A stretch of DNA of 55,765 nt from a virus (IMGVR_UViG_3300008110_005672:1-55765); one strand, 5' to 3'; counted from the first letter of the stretch, positions 8,030 to 18,387 are shown. Program-made: numbers and translations. Notes: generated by a model from the letters alone, not told the origin.

Positions 8030-8286
8030 ATCAACTGGAACACAGTTGCCTCAATGTCGTCCTGAATGTAAACAGTCCACATGGGACTGCCACTATTAAA
8101 ACGATGACACATATCCGCCGTCGGACAGGTACGCTTCATCCATTCTTCAAACGCATGATCATCCTCGGGGTATACCCAGCAGTACCAGCCACGTGGAGGC
8201 GGATCCAATGGAAAAGGATTTCCTGGATTAGGACTGGTGTCGCCGTCTTCAAATCTCCAATGATGCACACTGGCTTTCAAGACCAA
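8020..8286 (-). CDS. small paralogous-family protein
   Basis: WMKRTC...VYIQDDIEATVFQLMWM. Confidence 0.7.
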   Translation of the reverse strand: MVLKASVHHWRFEDGDTSPNPGNPFPLDPPPRGWYCWVYPEDDHAFEEWMKRTCPTADMCHRFNSGSPMWTVYIQDDIEATVFQLMWM

Positions 8287-8597
8287 GTCCTATGTTTTTC
8301 AGCCACCCATTCGTTGCCGTCATATTCTGCAATTTCCCATTCAACATCACCAGGCACCTCAACAATCTTTAGATTGGCGTGGGCACCGTTTGCTGCCATG
8401 CCCAAGTCTCTCACAATCTTTACAAGGTAGGGATCGTCTCTAGGAACGTCTCGATCAAACCATTTTGGATCGGTAATGCCGGCCATTTGTTTGTATTCTT
8501 TTTTAGCACGGCTGCTGAGTCCAAAACCGCCATAGCAGGTATTGATTACAATAAATTGAATACCCTTGAGAGTTTTAATCAGTTGTTCGTGTGTCAT
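8277..8597 (-). CDS. conserved hypothetical phage protein (VINTCYGGFGLS...EYDG.E)
   Basis: GGAG SD before ATG at 8597. Confidence 0.75.
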   Translation of the reverse strand: MTHEQLIKTLKGIQFIVINTCYGGFGLSSRAKKEYKQMAGITDPKWFDRDVPRDDPYLVKIVRDLGMAANGAHANLKIVEVPGDVEWEIAEYDGNEWVAEKHRTWS

Positions 8598-8634
8598 AGT
8601 TTCTCTCCGCAATGTGGACACAGTGATGAGCTCA

Positions 8635-9486
8635 TTATACTTCCAATACAATATTAGGATTCCACCCGGTATCCTCAGTATAGCCATCGCTTTCATAACC
8701 TCTAGGATTACAAACTACACGAGTGCTACCTAACACATAATCAAAAGGATGATGAGTGTGACCGTGAGTCCACAGTTTGATCTGTGGATGATCAAGAATA
8801 AACTCACTTAGGTCACTGTGATAACCACCGTTCATGATATAGTCATGTGCATACTGAGGATGACAGCTCAAGTGACTGGGAGTGTGATGTCCCACTACCA
8901 CGAACTTCTGCTCCTGAGGATAACCATCCATCACAGTTTTAAAATATTGTAGAGTCTTGCGATGACGGTCTGCAATGTCAGCAGGCTTAAGAGTTCTATA
9001 ACCTGCATCATCATTGCGAATAATTCTAAAATCATTCATCATGTCCGCAAGCGCATGAAGCGTGAACGGGTCATGCTTGTTGCAGTCGGTCCAAAGTGTT
9101 GCACCCATGAACACGATATCGTTGATCACTTTGACATCATTTTCTAAAAAATAAACGTTAGGATACTTGGCACACTCTTCACGAAGGTGATCAATGCTGG
9201 CAAAAAATTTGCCATGGTAAAATTCGTGGTTGCCTGCAACATATATCACATGAGGAAATTGAAAACTGCAACGCTTTAAGAAATCACGGAATCTCTGTGA
9301 CTTGAGTTGTCTACTGCCTAACATCTCTAGCATGGCCGCAGTTCTAACATTTTCGTCCTGATGGTCGTGCAGGTCTTGAGCAACCATGATGTCGCCCGAG
9401 AGAATCAGTAGGTCATAGTCAGCATCGTTGGGGATCATTATGTCCGAGAACTCTAAATGCAGATCTGAAACCAATTTAATTTTCAT
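8635..9486 (-). CDS. calcineurin-like metallophosphoesterase
   Basis: SDLH, GD, GNHE, HH, HGHTH motifs. Confidence 0.9.
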   Translation of the reverse strand: MKIKLVSDLHLEFSDIMIPNDADYDLLILSGDIMVAQDLHDHQDENVRTAAMLEMLGSRQLKSQRFRDFLKRCSFQFPHVIYVAGNHEFYHGKFFASIDHLREECAKYPNVYFLENDVKVINDIVFMGATLWTDCNKHDPFTLHALADMMNDFRIIRNDDAGYRTLKPADIADRHRKTLQYFKTVMDGYPQEQKFVVVGHHTPSHLSCHPQYAHDYIMNGGYHSDLSEFILDHPQIKLWTHGHTHHPFDYVLGSTRVVCNPRGYESDGYTEDTGWNPNIVLEV

Positions 9487-9511
9487 GATAATTTTCCGGT
9501 AATGTACATAT

Positions 9512-9540
9512 ATTATAGCACCAGTTTAAGAGTTTGTCAA
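9512..9540 (-). promoter_or_regulatory. consensus sigma70 promoter
   Basis: TTGACA-17 bp-TATAAT with extended -10 TG. Confidence 0.85.
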
Positions 9541-9580
9541 ACGGTTAAATACTCATATTAACTAACCCGGGAGCGAAACG

Positions 9581-9862
9581 ATGGGCGACATATTCAAAAT
9601 CATAGGTGATCTGGGCATGCCAGTTGCCGCGGCATTGGCGGGCGGCTACTTTGTCTACCTGACTATCAAGCTGTTGCTACAGGGTGTTTTGGGCAGCATC
9701 AACGGCATGAAGGGCATTATTATTGCTCTAGACAATCGTGTTAAAACCATGAACCACGACGTTATTCGCATTGATACCATTGTGTCAAACGCATTGGGTC
9801 TACGTCCAGATGCAGATCGTATAGCTCGTGCAGACGGCAAGAACGATGCAAGGAGAGACTGA
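9581..9862 (+). CDS. small membrane protein (paralog of 10351-10662)
   Basis: N-terminal TM G.P; IIALDNRVKTMNHDVIRID. Confidence 0.8.
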   Translation: MGDIFKIIGDLGMPVAAALAGGYFVYLTIKLLLQGVLGSINGMKGIIIALDNRVKTMNHDVIRIDTIVSNALGLRPDADRIARADGKNDARRD

Positions 9863-10068
9863 TGTTGTACTTTGACTATTCTTGGGACTGTAGTCCTAGC
9901 GGTATTATATTAGATCAAGAATTCAATGTGGATAAACTAGGATGGCAAGGCGGTGACTACTTTCAACTGGTTAACATTAACGGTAGGTGCTATCTCAAAA
10001 AAGTAGATCCTTTAGTAAAATTTATCAAAGACGGAGAGCGAAATGGACAAATGGATCAAATGGTATGA
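9862..10068 (+). CDS. hypothetical protein
   Basis: TGATG coupling to the upstream gene. Confidence 0.65.
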   Translation: MLYFDYSWDCSPSGIILDQEFNVDKLGWQGGDYFQLVNINGRCYLKKVDPLVKFIKDGERNGQMDQMV

Positions 10069-10189
10069 CAGTTTGCCAGAACATACTAGAGAATATCTAA
10101 AACATCAACCGTTGTGGCATGACAGCGATCTTGCCAAGGCGGGACTGGTAGGATTTGTAATAGGATTGATATTGGGATTAACAGTGTAA
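10043..10189 (+). CDS. small C-terminal TM protein (48 aa)
   Basis: MDKWIKWYDSLPEH...GLVGFVIGLILGLTV; GGAG SD. Confidence 0.65.
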   Translation: MDKWIKWYDSLPEHTREYLKHQPLWHDSDLAKAGLVGFVIGLILGLTV

Positions 10190-10209
10190 TCAACAAATAG
10201 GAGCGAACT

Positions 10210-10350
10210 ATGTTGTTTGAAGCATTTCTAGTGTTTTGGATGCTAGAAGTTTTAGTTCTAGCATCAGTGGCAGTATGGTATTATTATGAACCCATAGAAA
10301 AAGAAAAGAAAATCTGGGATCCTTGGGGAATCTGGAAGGAGGTAAAATAA
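10210..10350 (+). CDS. small TM protein (46 aa)
   Basis: MLFEAFLVFWMLEVL...WDPWGIWKEVK; AGGAG SD. Confidence 0.6.
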   Translation: MLFEAFLVFWMLEVLVLASVAVWYYYEPIEKEKKIWDPWGIWKEVK

Positions 10351-10662
10351 ATGGATGTCGTAGAACTTATAAACAAATATGGATTCCCAATTGTTATGGC
10401 AGTTGGAATGGGCTTCATTATCAAGTATGTTTGGGAATGGGCCACCAAAGAAGTCAAGCCTGTTATCTCAGAAGCCAACACTGTGCTTATCGCTCTCATT
10501 GATCGTATCCGAATGTTAGACAACGATTTGATTCGACTTAACCAAAAGGTTAATACTGTATTACACCTGCGTGGTAAAACGATCGAATATGAACGTGTTG
10601 AAGCTGAAAAGAAAATCAACGAACATGCAGACGACAAAGAAGCAAAGGGCGGTAGTTCTTAA
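10351..10662 (+). CDS. small membrane protein (paralog of 9581-9862)
   Basis: N-terminal TM GFP; LIALIDRIRMLDNDLIRLN; GGAGG SD. Confidence 0.8.
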   Translation: MDVVELINKYGFPIVMAVGMGFIIKYVWEWATKEVKPVISEANTVLIALIDRIRMLDNDLIRLNQKVNTVLHLRGKTIEYERVEAEKKINEHADDKEAKGGSS

Positions 10663-12631
10663 TCACTTGCTTGTTGCTATAAAGATGCCATCCCAATCAG
10701 CAGGTAAGTCTTGAGTTAGTTGGAATTCGCAACGTTCAATCCACATGTCGTAGTACTTGTCCATTTTACCATCAAACTCGCCTTTTAAAGAATTACATAG
10801 TTCAATAGCACCTTTAAAATCTTGAGCACGATATAAACTGTGCATCCTGTCATGTTCAGGTTGTGTTTGCAAATATTCAGACATAGCACCTACATCTGTG
10901 TCTAGTACTGTATAGATAGCGATACCCACACTCTTGCCTTTAACTGCTAGATCATCAATCTTTAAAAAGAAAAAGTCATCTTTACAGCGTTCAACAGTTG
11001 CTCCGCCTACCAGTAATACACATCCGTATTCTTTACACTTGCTTTCGATACGTGCGGCTGTTGAAACAGCATCTCCTAAAATATCGTAGCTGTGCCTTGC
11101 ACTAGAACCCATCTCTCCAATGTAGCCTAGGCCCGTGTTGATACCTGCACCCATGGCAATAGCAGGACGACCTTCTGCTACAATTTTATCGTTAAATTTC
11201 TCTACTGCTTTCAACATGTTAAGACCTGTACGCACTGCTGTTTTTGGATGATCAGCATCGTCGATAGGAGCATTGTGTATGTGCATACTTGCATCACCAA
11301 TGTACTTGATTACCATTCCGTTTGCATCTAGAATAGGCTGTGTAATAGCATCCATGTATCCGTTCATGATACGTGTAAGTCCTTTAACGTCATCACCAAA
11401 ACTTTCACCTAATGGTGTAAAGCCTCGTAGATCACTAAAACAAATTGACACTTCACGCTTCATACCATCTTTGATGAGTGCAGGATTTTCTGCTAGCATA
11501 CGAACTACAGTGGGACTGGCATAGCCAGCAAACTGTTTCTTTATGGCCTGCTTCTGCAGGAACTCACTTACAAACTTGACACCATAAGTATGAAGAGCAA
11601 CGATAATAAGCCCAAACGCGATTGCAGTCGCATCTGATAGGATGAGCCAATTATTGAAAGCGTAGATAGTACCAGGAACGACGGCACCAACAATAACCAC
11701 AGCAGCACAAATTCCAACATAAGTCCACCTCGATAAGAAAATTAACAATATGCCGAATGCTAGTAATGCTAGGATTTCAACGCCGTCGGCATAATCGGGA
11801 CGTTGAATTACCACTCCATTAATCATAGTACCTATTGCTGCCGCTTGTACATCCTGCGGCCATACTGCACCTTTACTTGTAGGCAAAGGATTAGCAATGC
11901 CTGCGGCTGTCGGACCTACTATAACTATAGCACCATTAAAGTTTTTGGGCAAGTCCAAAAGGCTTGCCTGTTGGTTCTCTTGACTCCAATCGATCCATAC
12001 ACGACCTAGGTTATCTGTAGTAATAGGACCAAACTTAGGTATGCGCATTTTCTCAACACCGTTCTCGTTGAGCTTTACTTGGAATGTGGAGTCGCCGGCA
12101 GCAGCACGAAGTGTTTCCATAGACATACTAGGATACAATTTACCGTCAACAGATACAATCAACGGTAGTCTACGATTAACACCGTCTACTTCTGGTAGTG
12201 TGCTAACTATCCCAATGCCTGCCGCTGCATTTTCTAATTGTGGTACGTTGGCAATAAGTCCGGGATATTGTACGATTTGGTCCTGCCACTCTGGTCCTAG
12301 TACTGCTGATCCTGGATTACGTGGTGTATTTTTAGTTTTTTGTGCCGGCACGCTGCCTAGTACAACTGGATATTGTTTTAGAGCCGTTGCGAGAATACCA
12401 TCACCACCAGTGCGGTCAGGCTCATGGCCACTGGCCATATTTGTCTAAGGCTGCTTCATCTATGTTGACCGTATAGATGTTATTGGCAGTTGGAGTTTTT
12501 TGTGTAATCAGTGTGTCAAAGTATCGTAGTCTTACACTTTCTACAAAGCTAGGATCGGCAATTCTTATACTTAATATAAGTGCCAATGTCAGTAGAGCGG
12601 TCCACGGACTAGTTAGTATTTTTTTCATCAT
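10663..12631 (-). CDS. CHASE2-domain membrane adenylate/guanylate cyclase (class III), split by a frameshift/deletion near 12425
   Basis: N-term TM + VNIDE..L..YGQWP (CHASE2) in one frame; DGV.RR, 3 TM, FSDLRGFT, KYIGDA, YDILGDAVSTAARIES in another. Confidence 0.9.
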
Positions 12632-12921
12632 ATAGGCGTGCCAAAAGTTGAAACGGAGTCGGAGCCTGTGCCCAATATGCACGTAGTGGTTGGAGTCATT
12701 TTAAGCAATGTCCAGTTTTGAGTTTTTTCATTGATCCAAAGAGAATATACAGATTTATCGTTGACGTGTAAACCTTTCCAGGATAATTTTTCTTCAAATT
12801 CTTTCTCCAGCACTGAGATAACTTTTTGAGTATCGTCACAGACGATAGGATAGTCATATCTAAATTGGGCGTTGACTAGGCTGGGTGAGCAGACGAGGAA
12901 CGCCAGTAGCAGTGAACGCAT
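12628..12921 (-). CDS. secreted hypothetical protein
   Basis: Signal peptide; two mature Cys regions. Confidence 0.7.
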   Translation of the reverse strand: MRSLLLAFLVCSPSLVNAQFRYDYPIVCDDTQKVISVLEKEFEEKLSWKGLHVNDKSVYSLWINEKTQNWTLLKMTPTTTCILGTGSDSVSTFGTPI

Positions 12922-12950
12922 TACCGGCTCCTTAAAATAATATTTACCAG

Positions 12951-13433
12951 TTATCTCACCAACATGGCAAAGCTAAACATCACTGTAGGCACAGCTATGG
13001 CCATGAAACTTATACCTATCAACACTCTATCTATCATATCAGAATGTGCCTGTATCCTGGCATTTTTTATGTCTGCTTCTAGTTTAGCACGTTCTTTATA
13101 CATACGCACTCGTTCAGCCATCATTTGTTCCCAGACATCACCATTACCACTGTATATCAACAGTTCTTTGAGTTGTTTTTCTGCATCCCTAAGTGCCTTA
13201 CTCTGCATGGCAATTTCTATTGACATGGCCCTAATCTGTCCGTCAGTAAGAATTTTTTTGCTTGTTTGTACCGCTACGTTAGCACCGTGAATCTTGTCGC
13301 TGTTTTCAAAGAATTTGGCAAACTGTCCGTAGAGGCTATTGACATCTTTGCCTAGAGCAATGGCTTTTTTGATATAGCTCACTGACTGCTGTGCGGCGGT
13401 GAAGGCAAGACCAATTGTGATAGGATCGATCAT
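12951..13433 (-). CDS. hypothetical membrane-anchored protein (MIDPITIG...)
   Basis: Coiled coil plus C-terminal TM. Confidence 0.75.
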   Translation of the reverse strand: MIDPITIGLAFTAAQQSVSYIKKAIALGKDVNSLYGQFAKFFENSDKIHGANVAVQTSKKILTDGQIRAMSIEIAMQSKALRDAEKQLKELLIYSGNGDVWEQMMAERVRMYKERAKLEADIKNARIQAHSDMIDRVLIGISFMAIAVPTVMFSFAMLVR

Positions 13434-13585
13434 GTTTTCTTAGGATCCTTGGGTTTTGGGGGAGGTTTAGACCACTCTACACATACGACCTTGCGATTGT
13501 AGACATCACCAGTCCAAGTCCATTTTACACACCGAGGCTCATCGGGGTTGAATCCAGCCAGAAATATGCTTAGAATTAGGTCCAT
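13430..13585 (-). CDS. small secreted protein (51 aa, CVKWTWTGDVYNRKVVCVEW)
   Basis: GGAG SD; ATGA overlap; Cys pair. Confidence 0.65.
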   Translation of the reverse strand: MDLILSIFLAGFNPDEPRCVKWTWTGDVYNRKVVCVEWSKPPPKPKDPKKT

Positions 13586-13618
13586 TGTCGCTCCGTACCT
13601 GTATGGTATTTAGCGGTA

Positions 13619-15268
13619 TTATTGGCCCTGCGTCACTGTGATTTTGGCACATCCGCCTGCTGTGGTGCAGTTATGTGTAATTGAGTAGTAGTTCTGTGTG
13701 CTGCCGCTTTGTGTTAGGCTTAGATCAGTGGGTGTGCCGCTGAGATTGACTTTGGCCATATGACTGGCTGAACCTTGCTGTGTAATATCAACGTTTTTGT
13801 TTCCACCACTTAGGGTAACTTCTGCATAATGACTTCCACTGTCTTTTTGTTGTACGATTAGACTGTTGTTGTTTCCGCTGACATCAGCAAATATTCCTTT
13901 AGAACCACCTGTGCTGGTCTGTTGAAGATCTACTGTATTGAAATTGCCCACTACTCTAAGATCCGTATAATTGACCTGCGTTGAGGCATTGCCCTGTTGC
14001 ACAATGTCGATGTCGTTGCTTAGGCCATTGCCGTAGTAATTAACATAGTTGTTTTGTGTGCCGGACTGTGTAACGGTAATAGTGTTTTGTGTTCCGATCT
14101 GTTCTATATGTACTTGACTGTCTGCTGTGGTTCTGTTAGTGAATGTCATAACTTTGGCTGTGTTTGCTGAGTTGGCATTAAATGCGGCAGCACTCCCGCC
14201 ACAGCACAAAGGAGGAGGAGTATATATCCCGCCACCTGCTAATGTTCCTTGTGGATCATCTACATCGTAAAGCAATCTAATCTCAGCCACTTGGAACGCA
14301 TCGCCGCCGTCTCTGGATCCGGTGAATTCTATTTTGTAATAACTGTAAGCAGTGACATTGCTTAAACTATAAACAGTACTGGCTGTAAGCCTGCCAGTAG
14401 GCAATGATATTGCTTGATGTGACACCAGCACCCAGTCAGTGCCATTAATGCTGCCCCATACTCTAAATCCTGTTGGGTCACGGTTAGATGCGTCATTGGC
14501 TGTGACAAACTGAATTTTTTGTACGGCTCTAGTTGGAGAATATGTGCCATCTGTGACAAATTGCACCACAGCCCAAGCACCTTGACTTCTAAGTCCAAAC
14601 CATTTACTGCCGTTGTTGTTGTCAAATGCTTCGTGTGCTTGTTCACTGCCAATAGGTTGACTGCCTGCTGTATATGTTTTCCATTCATAACTAGTGACTC
14701 GTGTAAAGTTCGTACCGTAAGTGGGAGGCGGAGGTGCCGCATTACTAGGAGTAGATGTGGCAGTCTGCCCTGAACTTAACGGGACTGTGGAATAAGATGC
14801 ATTAGCATAAGTGTCGGCCTGTTGTATAGTTGGATTAAGTGTACCAGTCCACGATACTCCGCTGGTATTTGACATACCCGAGCTGCCACTGAATAGCTGT
14901 CCTGTATTGTTGTCATTGCCTACAAAGAAGAAATAATCCGGACCCATGTTGACAATTTTACCTGTGCCTATGGTTCCTGCTAGTGTGCCGTTGCTGTTGT
15001 AAACTTTGCCTTCGTAGGGAAAGCTAGCATTGCCAGTTAAAGTAAACTGGACATACTGTCCAGTTTGCCACGACCATTGTCCAGCGGTCCAGGGTATTTT
15101 ATACATAATGCCTGGATTCTTACTGTAGATTTGGCAGGTTGTTGTGTTCAAACAGGCATTGACATTCCATTGGCTGTCTGCAATTTGGTATTGCCCAAAC
15201 TTTATATCGGTTAAGGCACCAAAGGCATTAGAGCAGAACAATAACATCAAAAAAATTATTCGTTTCAT
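13619..15268 (-). CDS. secreted curlin-repeat protein with discoidin/F5-8-like carbohydrate-binding insert
   Basis: Signal peptide; AFDNNNGSKW...GSINGTDW..YYKI..QVAEI domain; C-terminal Q.G..N repeats. Confidence 0.75.
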   Translation of the reverse strand: MKRIIFLMLLFCSNAFGALTDIKFGQYQIADSQWNVNACLNTTTCQIYSKNPGIMYKIPWTAGQWSWQTGQYVQFTLTGNASFPYEGKVYNSNGTLAGTIGTGKIVNMGPDYFFFVGNDNNTGQLFSGSSGMSNTSGVSWTGTLNPTIQQADTYANASYSTVPLSSGQTATSTPSNAAPPPPTYGTNFTRVTSYEWKTYTAGSQPIGSEQAHEAFDNNNGSKWFGLRSQGAWAVVQFVTDGTYSPTRAVQKIQFVTANDASNRDPTGFRVWGSINGTDWVLVSHQAISLPTGRLTASTVYSLSNVTAYSYYKIEFTGSRDGGDAFQVAEIRLLYDVDDPQGTLAGGGIYTPPPLCCGGSAAAFNANSANTAKVMTFTNRTTADSQVHIEQIGTQNTITVTQSGTQNNYVNYYGNGLSNDIDIVQQGNASTQVNYTDLRVVGNFNTVDLQQTSTGGSKGIFADVSGNNNSLIVQQKDSGSHYAEVTLSGGNKNVDITQQGSASHMAKVNLSGTPTDLSLTQSGSTQNYYSITHNCTTAGGCAKITVTQGQ

Positions 15269-16362
15269 GGACGTCTCAACACCCCAGTCTTCTGTACAAT
15301 GTTTACAACGTTGCCTCCCGGGTCTCCGCTGCCAATAACTGTATATGCATACTGATCATCATGACTGATGGAAACAAATGTGTTGGAATTGTAGCCCGAT
15401 GTTTTCACTTCAGCATAGTGATCAATGTTGGTACGATAAGCTATACCGCGTCCTCGACTTTCGATGTCCGGCGAATCTGACTTTTCCCAGGCCACACACA
15501 CTGCTGTGCTGGCATTACAACCTGCTCGACCTAGGGATTCTTCCAATATTAATAGTCTAGCACGTTCGATAGATTCGTCAGCTTCACGTGCTCGCTGTGC
15601 AATTTGTCGCTGTGCTTCAGCTTCAGCTTCATCGGCTTCTTGATCTCGTTTGCTGCGTGCCTGTTCTCGGATGGCCTGTGTGATTTCAGGTGGTGCCAGC
15701 AAGATCATGTTGTTGCTGATTTTGCTCTCTACAGTGTTGATCACTGTGGGTGCAGTGGGCATGTTGTTGGCACTGCCCACAAATGTAGCTTCAAATGCCT
15801 TATCTAATGTGACTGTACCTGCGTCCGTGGTGACCAAAATACTGCCCACTTTGCAACGGTTTTCCTCCAGCTCATAGGTCTTGATGTCGCGATCATCCTT
15901 GCAACTAGGCACCAACACAATTAGACTCTGGCCAGTTTCGTCCACAGTCATGGTAAAGTCAGTGCCTCGTACCGCCACTGTGGCTGTAGGAGTTTTGATG
16001 TTGACCTGTTGTGGATTGTTTTTGGCTATCTGACCTGACGCATAACGCACAGTGCCCATCCCCACCTTCATGGCCAGTTTGCCTGCGTCTGAGTTTTTTG
16101 GATCGTATACAAAATCGTCAATCACCAGTCTAGAATTTTCAGTTACCTTAACTTTGGTTTCATCACGAAATGTAATGCTGCTGGCACATGCACCAGTGGT
16201 ATAGGTGTCCATGCTTTCAATAGCTGCACCTTTGATACCAGACAATTTTTTCTTGTTACGTTCAACTTCGCAGGCAGTGCCCTTGTTTTCGCTAACCGTG
16301 CCAATGGCAGCCCATGCAGGACTCACTGCGGACAACAACAGTGCCAGCATCAGCCACCGCAC
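15265..16362 (-). CDS. FecR-domain periplasmic protein
   Basis: Signal peptide; IKTPTATVAVRGTDF motif. Confidence 0.85.
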   Translation of the reverse strand: MRWLMLALLLSAVSPAWAAIGTVSENKGTACEVERNKKKLSGIKGAAIESMDTYTTGACASSITFRDETKVKVTENSRLVIDDFVYDPKNSDAGKLAMKVGMGTVRYASGQIAKNNPQQVNIKTPTATVAVRGTDFTMTVDETGQSLIVLVPSCKDDRDIKTYELEENRCKVGSILVTTDAGTVTLDKAFEATFVGSANNMPTAPTVINTVESKISNNMILLAPPEITQAIREQARSKRDQEADEAEAEAQRQIAQRAREADESIERARLLILEESLGRAGCNASTAVCVAWEKSDSPDIESRGRGIAYRTNIDHYAEVKTSGYNSNTFVSISHDDQYAYTVIGSGDPGGNVVNIVQKTGVLRRP

Positions 16363-16364
16363 AG

Positions 16365-17169
16365 TTATCTCGCTATGGCTGACACAGGTGCCACAATAGC
16401 TGAACTGCTGGTTCTCACAGTGACAGTGTTGTTGCTGCCTTGTGTTTGGATATTCACTGTGGTGTCATTGGTACCTTGTTGCTGAGTGGTAATGCTGTTG
16501 AAATCGCCCACTGTGGCCATGGCCAACACATGCCCATTAGCTCCGGCAGCATCAATTTGCTGTATGTTGAACACATTGCTGTCGCCTGTGATAGCGTTGG
16601 TCACTGTGCCACGGCTGCTGAGCAGGTCACTGGTGATTTGATTGCTGTTGCCAGTGATTGTGGTAGTAGTAACAATTTCGTTGCCCACTAGATTCTGTAT
16701 GATCATGTTGCTGTTACCAGTGATAGTTTCTGTGATCACATTGTCCTGGTTGGCAGCCGCATTGGCATTGCCCACGGTTAATCTAGTTTGATTGCTGTTG
16801 CCTGTCACAGTGCTGTTGTAGGTGTTGAGGTTGCCCATGATGTTGTACTGCGCGGAGTTGGCATTGCCAGTCTGCGTGATGCCTACAATGTTGTTGCTGC
16901 CTGTAATAGTGCCATAGTTGCTGGCGCTAGGTGCGTCTGGAGTCAGTGTAGTGATACCTGTGCCAGCCACTACTGTGGCAGTGGTCGTGGTCACTCCACC
17001 AACATTGTTGGTACCACCAACTTGTTCAATGGTGATAACGTTGCTGCTACCAACCTGTTCAATATAGACCTTATTGGGTCCTGTGGCAGACTGCGCCCAG
17101 ACTGTGCTGGCGCCCATGAGCATTGCCACTGCAAGTAATTTTCTCGACAACTCGCCACTGCCTGTCATT
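16365..17169 (-). CDS. secreted curlin-repeat beta-solenoid protein
   Basis: Signal peptide; repeated I.Q.G..N / ITGNSN units. Confidence 0.8.
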
Positions 17170-17358
17170 CTTTTTTTCATCTTGTGTCTAATGTTGGTTT
17201 ATTGTTTGCCAACAAGTCCTTGGTCTTAAGACCGTTAATGTTCCTTATAATTTATTTAAGTCACTGCATACAGAAATTATATACCGCTGTTAAATTGTTA
17301 ACATGTTAAAATTTTTACATGTTTAAATTACAACACCTTTTTGAACTGACAATTCTTC

Positions 17359-18384
17359 TTACCAACTAGGTTCAACATCATTTTTAGGTGCCTGTTTCTT
17401 TACTTCTTGCTTGATTTCTTGCTTGATTTCTGATTCGGGCTCGATAGCTTTGCCTGTTCCATTGCCTTGTCCGCCATTGGGCTGCTGTGGTGCGGGGTTA
17501 GGTGCACTTTTGGCAGGGGCGGATTCTTTGGGGGTTTGTGTTTGAACCAACTCATTCTTTTCCTCCTTGAAACTCCAATGTCCTTTACGGGCGCCTTCAT
17601 TAATAGTCTGGACCACTGCGGCCTGCACAGCCACGTCCACTGCTCTGTTGATACTTTCGTTAATGCTGCCGCCAATCTCACCTTCCACGGCATTGGCATT
17701 GGCTCCCAGGGTGGTGCCATCGCCTATGAAACGTAGCAGGGTCAATTTGTCCATGTAACTCAACACAGTTTTAGTCACGGTAACAGTTGTGAGTATTTCA
17801 CCAGTGGCCACACTGACTGCTCTTAGAGTCACTGTTACAGTGTCACTTTGATATTGTGTTGATGCACCGATACCAAAAATTCTCACTCCCGACCCGCCTG
17901 TGAGTGTATTTGAATCGTAGCCAACAATACCACCTTCCATTATGATACCAGCAAACAACATTGGCGGTAGAGGTTTGGCATCCTTGCCTTGATACTGTTC
18001 ACGCATCTGACGTATCATCTGTCGTTCTTTGATCAGATTGTCCAGGCCCCCACGTTCCAGCACAGTGAACCAACGTTGATCACCTACATCTTGTAGAGCT
18101 TTGATTAGATAGTTGTCAGCACCCTGTGTCACAGCTGAACTCAGCGATGCAATCAAGGGCTGGCTTTTACGTTGTCCTGTTAGATCACGGAATCCATAGA
18201 CAGCTACAGCCACTGGTCCGCCTTGTGGTGGGCGTAGTTTGTTTTGTTCTTGCTTTAGAAACTTGCTGGCTTCGACTCGAGGCGCATCAAATTGATTGCC
18301 GGTTATTTTTTCACGTAAGGCCGAGCTTGATGCGCAACCAGATAAGACTGCCACTACCGCTAGAGATAACAATGTGTGTTTCAT
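17359..18384 (-). CDS. csgG: curli assembly/transport lipoprotein CsgG-like
   Basis: Lipobox LSGC; VAVYGFRDLTGQRK; WF.VLER.GL.NL..ERQ.IR; EGGIVGYDSN. Confidence 0.9.
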   Translation of the reverse strand: MKHTLLSLAVVAVLSGCASSSALREKITGNQFDAPRVEASKFLKQEQNKLRPPQGGPVAVAVYGFRDLTGQRKSQPLIASLSSAVTQGADNYLIKALQDVGDQRWFTVLERGGLDNLIKERQMIRQMREQYQGKDAKPLPPMLFAGIIMEGGIVGYDSNTLTGGSGVRIFGIGASTQYQSDTVTVTLRAVSVATGEILTTVTVTKTVLSYMDKLTLLRFIGDGTTLGANANAVEGEIGGSINESINRAVDVAVQAAVVQTINEGARKGHWSFKEEKNELVQTQTPKESAPAKSAPNPAPQQPNGGQGNGTGKAIEPESEIKQEIKQEVKKQAPKNDVEPSW

Positions 18385-18387
18385 TGC

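Noticed and set aside
9566-9576. CCGGGAGCGA resembling part of the ZTP (pfl) riboswitch
   Set aside because: The remaining aptamer (GACUGGCG and the GCCUGGG pseudoknot) is absent
12415-12440. TGA readthrough or an alternative genetic code in the cyclase and dnaK
   Set aside because: The downstream parts are in different frames and lack expected residues; all other genes end normally at TAA/TAG/TGA and no suppressor tRNA is seen
13619-17180. Naming the curlin-repeat proteins csgA/csgB
   Set aside because: Repeats are only curlin-like, the proteins are larger or multidomain, and orthology cannot be established by eye
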